DNA from: the human T2T-CHM13v2.0 reference genome, Homo sapiens
DNA: 64,000 nucleotides
Direction: 5' to 3' (one strand)
Assembly: GCF_009914755.1 (NCBI RefSeq)
Contig: NC_060938.1
The position numbers and the translations under genes are program-made. Below the pieces are notes generated by a model, which worked only from the letters and a program-made list of their open reading frames with translations, did not search any database and was not told the DNA's origin. Positions 12,950-25,870 of the stretch are shown here, piece by piece. Numbering within the stretch: position 1 is the first letter of the stretch; the number at the start of each line of letters is the position of its first letter.

Positions 12950-14060
12950 TGCCTCCATATCCAATCATTTGCAAATTCTATTTTTATATCTTTCAGGCCA
13001 ACTACATTCCTTCTTCCCCACTGCCACTCAAGTTGATTCCAGCTCCCACCACGACAGCTCAGCAGGGCCTTCTGCATGCAATCCAGCCCTCTTCAATCTA
13101 TTTTCCACACTGCAGCCAGAATCATCAGAAATTTCAGGTCTGATCCTGTAATGCCTCTGATAAATCCTTCAGTAGCTCTCGTTGCCCTTAGGATGTGTGT
13201 CCAAATGCCTCTCTGATCCCTTGCACATGCGTGAACCTAGCTGCTGTCATACTGAAACTACCCCTGGTGTCCCAGTGATTCTTCTGCTCTCACTAGCAGC
13301 CTATGCACATGCTGCCACCTTTGCCTAGAATACTTTCCCTTCTCCACCTACAAGACCAAATCCTATTCTTCCTCCAGTACTTGACCCCAAGAGCCTTCTC
13401 TCTCTAGAAACCTTCTCTGATTCCTCTTTCCTCCAAACTTGGGATAAGGGTCTGTCTTAGTCTGTTTTGTGTTGCTATAACAGAATACACAGGGCTGCAT
13501 AATTAACCAATAAAAGAGTTTTATTTAGCTCATGGTTCTGCAGGCTGGAAAGTTCAAGGGCATAGCCCTGGCTTCTGGTGGGAGCTTTCCTGCTGATCAC
13601 AACATGGCAGATCAAAGGGGAAATGGACACGTATGAAGACACAAAACCCAGAGGTATTTTGGCTTTATATCGACCTACTTTCATGGGAACTAATTTGTTT
13701 CCCAGGGAAAACAATCCAGTCTTGCAGAGGGAGAACCCACTACCAGGAGAAAGCACCAAGCCATTCATGAAGGATCTGCCCCCAAGACCTAAACACCTAC
13801 CACAGGTCCTACCTCCCAATGCCACCATATTGGGGATCAAATTTCAACATGAGCTTCAGTGGAAGCAAACCATACGCAAAGCACAGCAGGGTCCCCTTCA
13901 TGAGCTATTACAGTGTATTAATCCGTAATACCTATCTCCCCCGCCTGCTTGTGGGCTCCTACAGGGCAAGGATGCTGTTGTAGTCAACTTTATATCCCCT
14001 GTATCTATTATAACGTGAAACAATAACCATTTCAAAAGTATTAAATGATTAAATTCATGG
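12950..14060 (+). mobile_element. L2 fragment interrupted by an MST LTR
   Basis: ccacactgcagccaga, tgcacatgctg...tgcctagaat, aaaccttctctga; resumes after 13893. Confidence 0.6.
13453..13888 (-). mobile_element. MaLR solo LTR (MSTB1/B2-like)
   Basis: tgtcttagtctgttttgtgttgctataacagaatac...ggggatcaaatttcaacatgag...agca; perfect 5-bp TSD GGGTC on both sides. Confidence 0.92.
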
Positions 14061-14443
14061 AAAAAAATGGAAAAGGCTGTAAATTACCCAGTGGGGCAAT
14101 AGCTTGAGGTGAGCATAACTGAGGATTAGGATGGCAGAATCACACATACAAAATAGATGGCAAAATCACATATGAAAACCAAACATGCAAAACTGAGACA
14201 TGTTTTCAAATGGAGTACCTGTAGCTCAGGGTTTCCCTTACAGTTTTGGCTGGTGTGTTCCACCCAGACCCATACAATCAAATGTGTTGACTCTTGGTTC
14301 TGTGAGTCTTATCACCGACCCAAAGAACAACATCTGTTCATCAGCATGTAGTGTAGCATGACTAGGTATTGGATGAATGACATGGCTATGATGCAATGAC
14401 TAGGGGAATAATCACACCCTCCACCCTGTCTGGTTCATCATGG

Positions 14444-15070
14444 TGTGATGATTGATTTTAGGTGTCAACTTGACTGGATTAAGGGAAACCCAGAAAGCTG
14501 ATTAATCATTATTTCTGGGTATGTCTGTGGGGGTGGTTCCTAAAGAGATTGGCATTTGAGTGAGTGGACTGAGTAAAAAAAAAAAAAAAAATTGCCCTTA
14601 CTTTTTATGGGGAGATACTGTCTAATCAGCTGAAAGCTCAGGTACAAAAAAAGGGCAGAGGAAGAGCAAATTCATTCTCTTCTGAACTGGGACACTCTTC
14701 TCCTCTTTTGGACATCAGAACTCCAGGATCTCCAGCATTCAGACTCTGAGACTTGCACCAGCAGTCCCCCAGGTCTCAGGCCGTCAGCCTCAAACTGAGA
14801 GTAACACCACCAGCCCTCCTGCTTCTCAGGCCTTTGGACTTGAATACAGCCATGCTACTAGGTCCCCTTGTTCTCCAGCTCTCAGAAAACCTGTCATGGG
14901 ACTCCTTGGCCTCCATAATGGTATAAGCCAATTCCCCTAATAAATCCTCTCTCATATATCTATATCTAGATCTGGATCAATGATAGCTAGCTAGATAGCT
15001 GGATAGATAGATGATAGACGGATGACAGATCCTATTGGTTCTGTTTCTCTGGAGAATCTTGACTAGCACA
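14444..15070 (+). mobile_element. ERVL solo LTR (MLT2B-like) with an internal GATA-type repeat
   Basis: tgtgatg...gtgtcaacttgactggattaaggga start; cctattggttctgtttctctggagaa...gactagcaca end; A-run near 14575-14591; gata/taga run near 14980-15030. Confidence 0.9.
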
Positions 15071-15849
15071 CATAAGAACATTGCTGTGTCAATATGTACT
15101 TTGGGCTGGAGCAAAATAATCTTTGACACATTTGTCCACTCTCCCAGAGTGTTGATCTCAGCGTAGATCAATGGGAGTGATGCAAGAACACAGTCTTCTG
15201 AGCTGGTGTTTGCTGGTTCCATGAAGAAGAGAAGGGAGACTGATTAAATCACAACCAAGTCACAAAGTGGAAATTGCTTCCCTCTGGCTCAGCCTTCTTC
15301 TTGGGCCAGCTTTTCTGCCAATCCTTCTTGATGCCCCAGGCCTCACGGCGTCTCTTTTATAAGCTGGCAGATGTGTTCAATGCAATGCTGGCAAAATGTC
15401 ATACAGGTGGCCACCCATATGGTGCCAGTTTGGATCTGACTCCTGGAAAAAATTCTGGAAGCCCACTCAGCCATGGAGGACACCCGCCGGCTTCCTGCAC
15501 TGGGTCCAGAGCTGTCTGCTCATGGGGACACAGGTGGGAAGCAGGTGTTTCACATAAATGGACCACCCTCTGCTAATCACCACCAATCAAGCCAGTGGTG
15601 CAGGAGAAAACAAAATGAGAAAGAATCATCATCCAAGAGGTGAAATGAACTGGTGGCCAAGGAAGCAGGGGGTGCATCTGGATTTCCATAACATAAATGG
15701 TCATATTTCAGGCAGGCTTTTCTTTAGAGCAAGCCAGAAACTCAGAGACAGGAAATGTGGGTGTCAGATTTCATTCCAGTGGGTACACTGTCTGGGGTGT
15801 TCAATTTAATAAATTCAATCTAATAAAGACCCACAATAGCCAAATCACA

Positions 15850-16230
15850 GATTCACTTAGCCAGTCATTCAATGTATATTGAACACCCATGTGCCAGGCA
15901 TCACTCTGGGAGCTGGGGACAGACAGAATGGTGAACAATTTTCACAAGACCTCCCTTTTTACAGATTTATATTTCAGTCAGGGGAAGACAGAGAGATAAA
16001 CACATAGGAAAATGTCAGGTAGTAATAAGTGCTATGCAGAAAAGTAAAAATGGGTGATGTGATAGGGACTGGATGGCTACTTTAGATTGGGTGGTCAAGG
16101 AAGTCCTCTCCGAAAAGCTGACATTTGAAGCTGAATGACAATCTGAATGACAAGGAGGGACCAGATAACCATGCAGGGGTTGGGAGAAGAGCCAGTGAAA
16201 AGGCCCAAGGTGAGACAGGTTGATGCTCAA
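15850..16230 (-). mobile_element. L2a 3' fragment
   Basis: tattgaacacccatgtgccaggca, ataagtgctatg, gggtggtcaaggaagtcctctc...gacatttgaagctga. Confidence 0.8.
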
Positions 16231-16962
16231 AGGCAGTTGGGGATGGCAGCATCCTGACAGAGGGTGATCCTACAGAGAGTAAAGCGCCAGCCTCTGCCAT
16301 GGGATGAAGGCATCACCACCTGCAGCTGAGAGAGACTGGGGAAGACAGGGATTGACAGTGACTAGCTCAACAACATTTACCATTAGGATGCTTAGAATTA
16401 TCAGAAGGATTCACACCAGGACTATGCTTAATATTGGATCATGGAGTCAGGTAGGAAAGCCAGGTTTTTGGAAGTTGGGGGGATTGAGTCAAGGCTAAAA
16501 ATGAAGCAGGCAAGTATAAGAGAGGCTAGAGCTGAGCTGTGTCTGGAGGATTGCATTGAACCAAGCCCAGGGTTAGCAGGGCTAGAGGCCATAATAACCC
16601 AATGGACCAGAAACCCAACATGCAGTCAGGAGCTAGATGCAAAGAAAAAGACCAAGAGACCCAAGCATTATGTCGTCTTCATTTCCAAAAAAAAATGATA
16701 TGTGCTTCTGATTGGAATAAAGGCCAATTTAAGACAACCAACCTGAGAATACTAACGACTCCCAAATCTATACTTTCAGTCTACACATTTCTCTTGAACT
16801 TTAGTCTCAACTCTCTGAAAGTCTCAGGAAGTCCAAACTCAACTTTTCTAAAGTTGAACTCACAATCTCCCTCCCATTCACTCCAAATTACCTCCTCTTT
16901 CTCTATTCCACAAATCAGTGAATGACAACACCATCTACAGACTTCTCAAGCCAGGAGGATAG

Positions 16963-17374
16963 ACATTGCAGGCATGAGTTTCCTGAGGAGCAGACTCTGA
17001 GATGGATATTAACATAATGAGGTGTATTAGAAAGAGCTCTTCAGATCCCACCTGTGGAAGGGAAGGGAAAAAAGCAGGTTGGAAAGAAGAGGAAGTTGAG
17101 CTGCAACAAAGTCTCAACCAAGGCCTCATCCAAGCCCTCTGGGAGATTTGAAGCAGGGATGGCCCTTCAAAGTTGTCTTGAGTTGGGTTGAGAAGTCTGG
17201 AAAATAGCTTTTACACCCAAATGTTGACCAGTCATTGGATGTGGGCTGTCCAGGAAGGCAGTGTGATCTTGGACAAGATGGCTGTCTTCAGCCAAGGGCA
17301 ATTCTCCCAGGAGCTAGAGGAATAAGTCCTTTGGTCTTGAAGAGTTCTGGGTAGCGCGTCAAAACCTCCACTCA
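16963..17374 (-). mobile_element. LTR16-family ERVL solo LTR
   Basis: agcagactctgagatgga, gggatggcccttcaaagttgtc, gaccagtcattggatgtgggctg, agggcaattc. Confidence 0.85.
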
Positions 17375-17809
17375 ATCATCCTTAACTTCTTTTCCCTTTG
17401 TATCATCCTGATTATCCCATGAGGGATGAGTGCTGAGGGGCTACCTTCTATACACTTCTCCTATCCATCCTGTTCTCTCCTTCCAATATTGCCACTGGTT
17501 CAGGTCTCAAAACTTCTCACCTGGATAGAGTCTTCAATCTGCTCTCTCTGGTCCTCTCCAGTCTATACTCCATATGACTGTCAGAATTATCTTTCGAAGA
17601 CACAATTGGAACATAGTACTCTACCGTTTAAAACTCTTCCTTGGCTGTCTTCAGAATAAAATCTGAATTCCCCTCTAGATAAAATCTGAATTTCAGATCA
17701 CAGAGTTACAGATCCTTCATGGCCTGGCTCCCACTGACTCCTCTGTCCTGATCTATCCCCACTCCTATCTCTGGACTCAGCCTTTTTGCAGAGCTTAGTG
17801 TTCCCTGAT

Positions 17810-18211
17810 TGCTATGGCTTGGATATGGTCTGTTTGGCCTCACCAAGTCTCATGTTGAAATTTGATCCCCAGTGTTGGTGGAGGTACGGCATGGTGGCCG
17901 GTGTTTGGGTTGTAGGAGTGAAGCCCTTATCAATGGCTTGTTACCATTCCCACAGGTTTGAGTTAGCTCTCACTCTTAGTTCTTGAGAAAACTGGTTGCT
18001 GAAAAATGCTTGGTGCCTCCTCCTCTCTCTCGTGCTTCCTCTCCTTCCCCTTCCACCATGGGTGGAAGCAGCCTCAAGTTCTTGCCAGAAGCAGATGCTG
18101 GTGTCATGCTTCTTGTACAGCCCACAGAACCACAGGCCAAATAAACCTCTTTTCTTTATAAATTATCCAGCTTCAGGGATTTCTTTATAGCAATGTGAAT
18201 GGAGTAAGATA
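17810..18211 (+). mobile_element. MaLR solo LTR (MSTB-like)
   Basis: tgctatggcttggatatgg...catgttgaaatttgatcccc...aataaacctcttttctttataaatta; TSD ctgat/ccgat. Confidence 0.9.
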
Positions 18212-18789
18212 CCGATCCTTTCGACACAGGGCACTTTGGTCAGAAAGGCCTCTTTAATCTCCACCCTCTCTGACCTTTCGTGCAGAGCTTACTCTCTCCT
18301 GAAACAATATACCCAACACAACCCATCCCTACTTCATCCCGAAACATCTTGGTCTGCAGCATCTCAAATGGCCTGATGCCTTGTCTGCCTTACCCATGAG
18401 ACAGCAAGATTCTTGAGAACAGAGACAGTATCTTATTCTTTTTAATATTCCTAAATACTACTTTGCAGGGCATGGTGCATAATAGCTGCTCAGTAAATAT
18501 TTGATGAGTCAATCAGTCAACCAACGAGAATAAGAGGCATTAGTAATATTACCTGAATATTTAACACTAAAACAAGATACTCTCATGAACTCATCTACTG
18601 AATAGGAACATAATCCCCACAAAGAATGGACAGATTGAATCATCATACCAGGGCAACAGCCCCCAGAGTGTGTTAGGACTGTGTCCAGCCATAACAGCCT
18701 TTTGTCTCCAAGCATGGTTTTCACCTATACTTTGGGTCAGCCACGTCTCTGTGTTTCTGGTAGCTGATGGGACATGTCCATGAATGCCC

Positions 18790-19186
18790 ACGATGGCTCA
18801 TCTAACTCATGCCAAGCCCCTCTAGCATGCCTTCCTGGACTTAAAGACTGAGAACTGAAAACCACATCCATTTCCAGCCCCCACATGACTTACTCTCCAC
18901 CAAGCAGACACATCCATGAGAGAACTGGAAAATGGGACTGAGTAGTGTGAGATGGCAGCCATATATGGGGAGATCAGAACTGGTAACTGAGGTGTTTTGT
19001 TGCTGGGGGAAGCTGTGACGGTTCTATCACCTCGCCCCTTGTTTCAGAGACAATGAGGTGGGTCCAGGGGGTCGCAGCAGTGTGTTTCTGCTCTAATAGT
19101 CATTGGGCATTTCTCCTGGCCCATTTCCTGATGCAGGTAAAATCCACCCCATAACTTATAATAAATTCCTTTATCCTTAAACTGGC
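18790..19186 (+). mobile_element. LTR33-like ERVL LTR fragment
   Basis: aagactgagaactgaaaaccacatccatttccag and ataaattcctttatccttaaactggc resemble LTR33. Confidence 0.55.
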
Positions 19187-19189
19187 AAA

Positions 19190-20343
19190 TAATTAATATA
19201 CCCACTTACAAGGAGGCCTGAAGAGTCTCCTTGGAAAGGGTCCAACCTCAGGGGTAGTAGGAGTCAGATGTGATGAACTTAAGCCAGCAGCAAAGCCTCC
19301 ATGATCAGCAGAAAAATTCTGCCCCTCAGATTCATCCCCTGGCCCAGCCCACATGAGTCCTACCCAAATCTCATTCAGAACAGAACTGTCGGTAAAGTAC
19401 AAAGAACTGTCTACTAACACTAGGTAAAACCTTGGGGCACAACCCGCCCTGCTTGGCCACCCTGAGGCCCTGCTTGGCCACAGAGAAAGATGGATTCTAC
19501 TCCACTTTGCTTCACAAATCCTGCAGCTTTGACATCCCAAAAGCTTCCAACAACAGGGAGACATCATCGGCCAGTAAGAGATGGTAGTGCTTGACCAGAT
19601 GTCTTGGGGAGGCTCCAGAACCTGGGAGCTTCTAGCTAGAGCAGTGGCTGCACCAGAAAGAGGCGGCCCTTTTGGGGAGCTCGGGTACAATTCTCCCTAG
19701 GGATTCCCAGGAATATCTGGGCACAGAAACATGTTATGGTATAGATAAAAGACACTACCTAGGGACCCCCATAATATTGGGACGAGCTCTCATCTGGAAG
19801 CCTTTGTGAGATAGCCCCCAGGGGTTCCCAGAAATACTTGGGAAGACTTGTTTGTGAGCTCACCTGTGGGAGTCCTTGGGAACTATCATAAATATTGTAA
19901 AAGGGTCTTTCATTTGTGAGCATATCTGAGACATGCCCTAGAGATTCCCAGAAAGACCTGGGAGGGACTGTCACTCCTGAGCTCGTGAGAGACGCCTCTG
20001 AGGACTCCCACCTCCACATGCAGGGACTCGTTGTAAGAGTATGAGCTTAAAATATTGGGGGGCCCTTTGCAGGAATTAGATGTTCTGCATCATCAGTTTG
20101 AGGCAAATTCTAGTGAAAGTTGAGGATTATAATTCTTGTGACCTTTTTTTGCCCATGGACCTGGGGCATTTATATACTTGTATTAATGCCTGAGAGCCTC
20201 ACCCCTTCCCCCTTCTGAGTAATGAGCATTATTTAGGTCTGGCAATTCTTTTGTTGAGGTTGCTATCAAAACTTGCTGGCCTGGAGCCATTTTGACCCTG
20301 TCTGGTGACCACGCATGTCACTGTTATGCTCCCTTAGGTAACA
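19190..20343 (-). mobile_element. Ancient LTR-like element (LTR78-like, tentative)
   Basis: Minus-strand TGTTAC terminus at 20343; recurrent gattcccag(g/a)aa motifs; family assignment from memory only. Confidence 0.4.
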
Positions 20344-20553
20344 AAGTTACAGTTGAACTTTCAGAAGGCAAGTTTCTGTTCTTTCTTTCGGGGTACTCCC
20401 TCTTTGTTACCCCCTTGTGATTTACAGAAAGAAATGGGAACTTCCACAAACTCGTTGGCCTGGGTGAAGAAAGGAGTGTGCAGGAGAGATGGATGGTCGT
20501 GTGCAGGGCCCCTGGGTGTCCCAGGTGCCCCGTCAAGCCAGCAACCCCTCTCT

Positions 20554-20577
20554 CTGATTGGCTGCCAGCACGCCCCC
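20554..20577. promoter_or_regulatory. NF-Y CCAAT box next to an SP/KLF box
   Basis: ctgattggct (AGCCAATCAG on minus) followed 4 bp later by gcacgccccc. Confidence 0.35.
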
Positions 20578-20659
20578 CCAACTCTGTTCCAACACCAAAC
20601 ACTTCTACCTGCTGCAGCTCCTTCGAAGAGTTGGGAAGCTTGCCTCAGAAATCCATTTG

Positions 20660-21520
<861 letters not shown>

Positions 21521-21547
21521 GGGACTCTCTGACTGAAGACTCAGCTC

Positions 21548-22215
21548 CAAAATATAAAACAATCTTACAACTAAATAAGAGGATAACCTAATTAAAAAGT
21601 GGCAAAAGATTTGAACAGGCACTTCTAAAAAGAAGATATGCAAATGGCCAGTAACACTTGAAAAGATGCTCAACATTAGTAGTCATCAGAGAAATGCAAA
21701 TTAAACCAATGGGATCCCACTACACACCCACTAGAATGTCTAAAATTAAAAAGGCCAACAATACCAAGCGTTGCAAAGATGTGGAGCAACTAGAACTCTC
21801 ATTAATTGCTGGTGGGAGTTTAAAGTAGTCCAATGACTTTGGAGAAGAGTTTGGTAAGTTCTCATAACGTGAAACAGCCTCTTACCACATAACCCAGAAT
21901 CCCATCCTAGGTATTTAACCAAGAAATAAAAATATATGTTCACAAAAAATGCTTGAATATGAATAGGCATCACAGCTTTATTCATAATAGCCTCAAATTT
22001 GCAACAACCCAAATGTTCACCGACAGGTGAATGAATAAACAAATTGTGGCTCGTTCATATAGTGGGATGTTACTCGGCAATAACAGAGCAATACAACAAC
22101 CTAGAAGAATCTCAAAAACATTACACTGAGGGAAAAAAAGCCAGACATAAAGACGTACCCGTAAGTTCCCTTTATATGAAATTCTGGAACAGACAAAAAT
22201 AGTAGTCACCTGGGG
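21548..22215 (+). mobile_element. L1ME-type fragment (ORF2 end / 3'UTR)
   Basis: ggcaaaagatttgaacaggcactt, gaaatgcaaattaaa, ggagcaactagaactctca, aacaacccaaatgttc. Confidence 0.88.
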
Positions 22216-24059
22216 CTAGGTGAAGAAGGGGTTGCAGGGGCCAAAATAACTGTAGAGTTGATGGAACAAGATTAAAAAGATAAACGCTTGTTGCTTGCAG
22301 CAAAAAGTAACCAATAAAGGAATTATAACCATTTGCGAGGCGGGGAGAGGAGCCTATAATGAGAGCAGGAAGTCTAGCGGATAAGGTCCAACACTGATAA
22401 GCAGGAAATGGCGGTAAACCCACGTCAGGTGGAAAATACAGAAAGACATAACCACCAGAAGAAAAGACCAGAAGGGCTAGAAGCCGCTGTCTCTGAGGAT
22501 CAGGACTGGGGAAGGGAGAGAGGAGGCAACAGGATTGCTTTTCATCCTAACCCCTCTGTTATTTTTATTAGCTATACCATTTTTATTTACTATGTGCACA
22601 TATTATTTTACCAAACATTAAAAAATACATTTAAAACAGCTGTGCATGGTGTATGGGTACCAGTATTGTAAAACATATACAAATAAATTCATACAAAAAA
22701 AGACTTGAAGGAAATACAGTCATTGTCTGGGAGAAAGTTTTATAATGCTATTTTGCCCCTTCTTTATACTCATCCTTTTTTCCAAATTTCCTGCAATGGG
22801 CATGCATTATTTTTATAAACACGAAAACCCGTTATATAAAGAAGCAAAATTATGTTAAGAAATACATTTTAAATGATATCTGAAATGAAGTGAAGGAAAC
22901 AAAATTGAATATAAAAGTAAATTCAATTATGTGAAACAACATACATGAAACTAGAGACATTTAAGAAAATATTAACAATAATTATCCCAGAGGTGGAATT
23001 ATGGCTGATTTTTTTCATCTTATCTTTCCTTTTTTCTAATTTTTTTTCCATAATAACTATGATTAAACCAGGTTTGGCTGGAGAACTAAATTTGATCTCT
23101 CTATTGGCTTCAGACCAAAATAATAATGTAATGTCTCCGCGTGGTACCAGGCACCTAGAAAGCCCTCCAGGAACACTTGTGGCATTAAGGGAACTGAATG
23201 TAAATGAGGTTTACTGGTGACTGCTTCTAATTGAGCCCGTTCAGCTTCAGTCACTCAATCACAGCATTTACCTGGTGCCTACTGTGTCCAGTGACCTGCA
23301 CAAGAGACTGTGTGGGTGTTGGCAGCAGAGGATGCAGGTACTCTCACCTTGTTGTGTGGCAGACCAGTTCGCAGAAGAGAATAAACACCCACACATAAAA
23401 ACAGATGGAAAACATGCCCAGAGAAAACAAATGGATACATCTAGCCTGAAGGGTTGGGTATCCTGTCCTGGCTAGCCTCACCGTGGACATCCTTGGTGGA
23501 ATCAAGATGGCAGCCCCTTCTCTCTACTCCCTCTTCTCCCGTCTCCTCAATAGCCACTACCCCTTCCGTCATGCTAAAACCAACAGAGGCCCTGGAAAGT
23601 CAGTTCAGTTTGTCTCTAGTCCCAGGAGGGGAGAGTCATCCAAAATGTCCAAGACAAAGATGAATAGCAACAAACACCTGGGATTTTTTACCATTTGACC
23701 ACACTTAACTCCAGGAGGGCTGGGCTTCATCAGTGATTCCATGGGAACAAAGAAGCCAATAAGGAGGAGAAAGGGAAAGAGCACCCTGAGATCCTCTGAA
23801 AATGCTAAGGGAAGTCTGAGAAATCACCAGTGTGTTCTCTGGCCACAAGGGTCCATCTCTCCACCATTTGGACAACAGGCAGAGGGAGAAGTCACAAAAT
23901 TTTCTGATGGTCCAGCCAAATTCACTGGTTCCCAAGAAACTCTCAACAAGAAATACATGGCATGCACATGGGTGCATGCTATGGTCTGTATTTCAAGCAT
24001 TAGAACATTCCATGGCTGTTCCTATCTCCACCTGCAATTCCATTAAGACCAAAGGAAGT

Positions 24060-24830
24060 GTAACAAGGTGTTAAGCTGAAGGTTTGCCTGAGAAACCATG
24101 ACACAATAGACATGACATTCCAATGTGCCAGATGATGCATATTTTCAAGGAAAGAGCTAAAAACTTATTACAGAACTCAAGCTTCTCACCCACACCTACA
24201 TTGAGGGTATAAAATGGTCTGACTTTTCAAGATTAAGGGAGAAGATTTGTGAAGAAAATTTATTTGGAAAAAAATTATTGATGTGCTGTGGGCCTCACCC
24301 TTTCCAAGAGGGAGAGAGAGAGGTACCTGTCCCTCATCTCAAATCTTGTGAAAGGGACTTCAAGGAGACACTCAGAAAGCCTGGTACATGTCTGCTATGA
24401 TGGATGGACACAGTGGACTGGCAGGGAGAGATAAGTTGCCTGGCTGCTCCCACTGTGGAAGAAAGATGTTTCTGCAGCCTTAGGACTGCAGACTCTCAGA
24501 ATGTGGCTGACCTACAAACTCTCAGAATGTGGCTGGGCAGGGATGCCTGAGAGTGTCCCTTGGACCAGTTGTAAGCCAATGGTACAGGGAGGGCAGATGT
24601 GGTCACAGTGGGCCCTGTCCAAGAGGGGCCACTTCGAGGGGTGAGCAATCCTCAGCAAAGAAAAGCTGAGATGATTTCCAATTCCTAGGAGTTGTGGGCA
24701 TGCTGGAGGAGTGGCCATCCTTGACAAGGAAGCTGCAGGAGAGGGCAGAAGGAAGGACTCCTAAGGACCCACAACCATGCCCAAGAAAGAATATCAGTTG
24801 CCCAGAGGCCATCTTTCCATGCTGCCATTC
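24060..24830 (+). mobile_element. Ancient Gypsy-type LTR (MamGypLTR/LTR85-88-like, tentative)
   Basis: tgtaaca start, gtataaaa, ctaaggacccacaaccatgcccaagaaagaatatcag motif recalled from these families. Confidence 0.35.
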
Positions 24831-25001
24831 AAGTAAGGCTTCAGATCTGTGCATCTTAGCTGAACATCCGCTCTGAGCAGAACTATTCATAACTTTGACT
24901 CTAAGATTATTTAGACTGATGTTTGCCAAACAAACCTGATCATACGATAGCAAGAAATGCAGCTTTCTATGCCTCATTGCTAAAGATTCTGGTCGTCTAT
25001 G

Positions 25002-25310
25002 TTTTTTTGTTTTTTGTTTTGTTTTTTTGAGATGGAGTCTTGCTCTGTTGCCCAGGCTGGAGTACAGCAGTGCGATCTCGGCTCACTGCAACCTCTGCCT
25101 CCAGGTTCAAGCAATTCTCCTGCCTCAGCCTCCTGAGTAGCTGAGGTTACAGGCACATGCCACGATGCCCAGCTAATTTTTCTGTATTTTTAGCAGAGAT
25201 GGAGTTTCACCATATTGGCCAGGCTGGTCTTGAACTCCTGTCCTCAAGTGATCTGTCCGCCTCAGCCTCCCAAAGCGCTGGGATTACAGGCGTGAGCCAC
25301 CGTGCCCAAC
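25002..25310 (-). mobile_element. Alu SINE (AluSz-like)
   Basis: T-rich tail then gagatggagtcttgctctg...cctcaagtgatc...gagccaccgtgccc. Confidence 0.96.
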
Positions 25311-25529
25311 AGAAGTCTGTGTTTTTATATCCACTGTATAACTCTTATGATCTGCTATATCTAGAAGACAGAAATCCAATCTAGTGTTTCCCAAACATCT
25401 CCAGTGATTTCTTTAAAAAAACAAAAAATTATTGGGCCACCCCACCTCTTCTTAGAATGTCCAGAAGCTGACATGTTCAGGAAGCTGAACCGCCCAGGTG
25501 ATACTTTTCAACAGCAAAGTGTAGTTCAT

Positions 25530-25870
25530 TTGGTGCACCCCCTCATCCTGTGAGGGGAAACTGAGGGTCATCAGAGGGGTGGGGGGGTGGGGGCGATTTT
25601 CCTAAAGCCTCACAATGGGTTGGTGGTGGCAGTGGGACCAGAACCAAGATCTCTTAACTCCCAGGACAGTCATTTCTATCTCCCCGCAAGCCCCAAAAGA
25701 TAGTGTGGGCTTATGAAACGTCTTTTAATCTTCATAATAGGCAAGTCTTTTATGAGGTAAGTATTTTTGACCCTTACTTTACAGAGGAGCCCAGAGCAGG
25801 TAAAGGGCTTCTCCAGGGTCCAACAACTCAAACATAGTGGAGCAAAGATTCAAAGCAGAGCCCTCCTGCC
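25530..25870 (-). mobile_element. Two MIR fragments
   Basis: gaggggaaactgaggg...gggaccagaaccaagatctcttaactcc; tttacagaggagccagagcaggtaaag. Confidence 0.6.

Larger units (their letters stand above)
16760..18515 (+). mobile_element. L2 element broken by LTR16 and MST insertions
   Basis: ttcctcaaa-like L2 body pieces at 16760-16960, 17375-17809 and 18212-18515, ending gctcagtaaatatttgatgagt. Confidence 0.55.
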
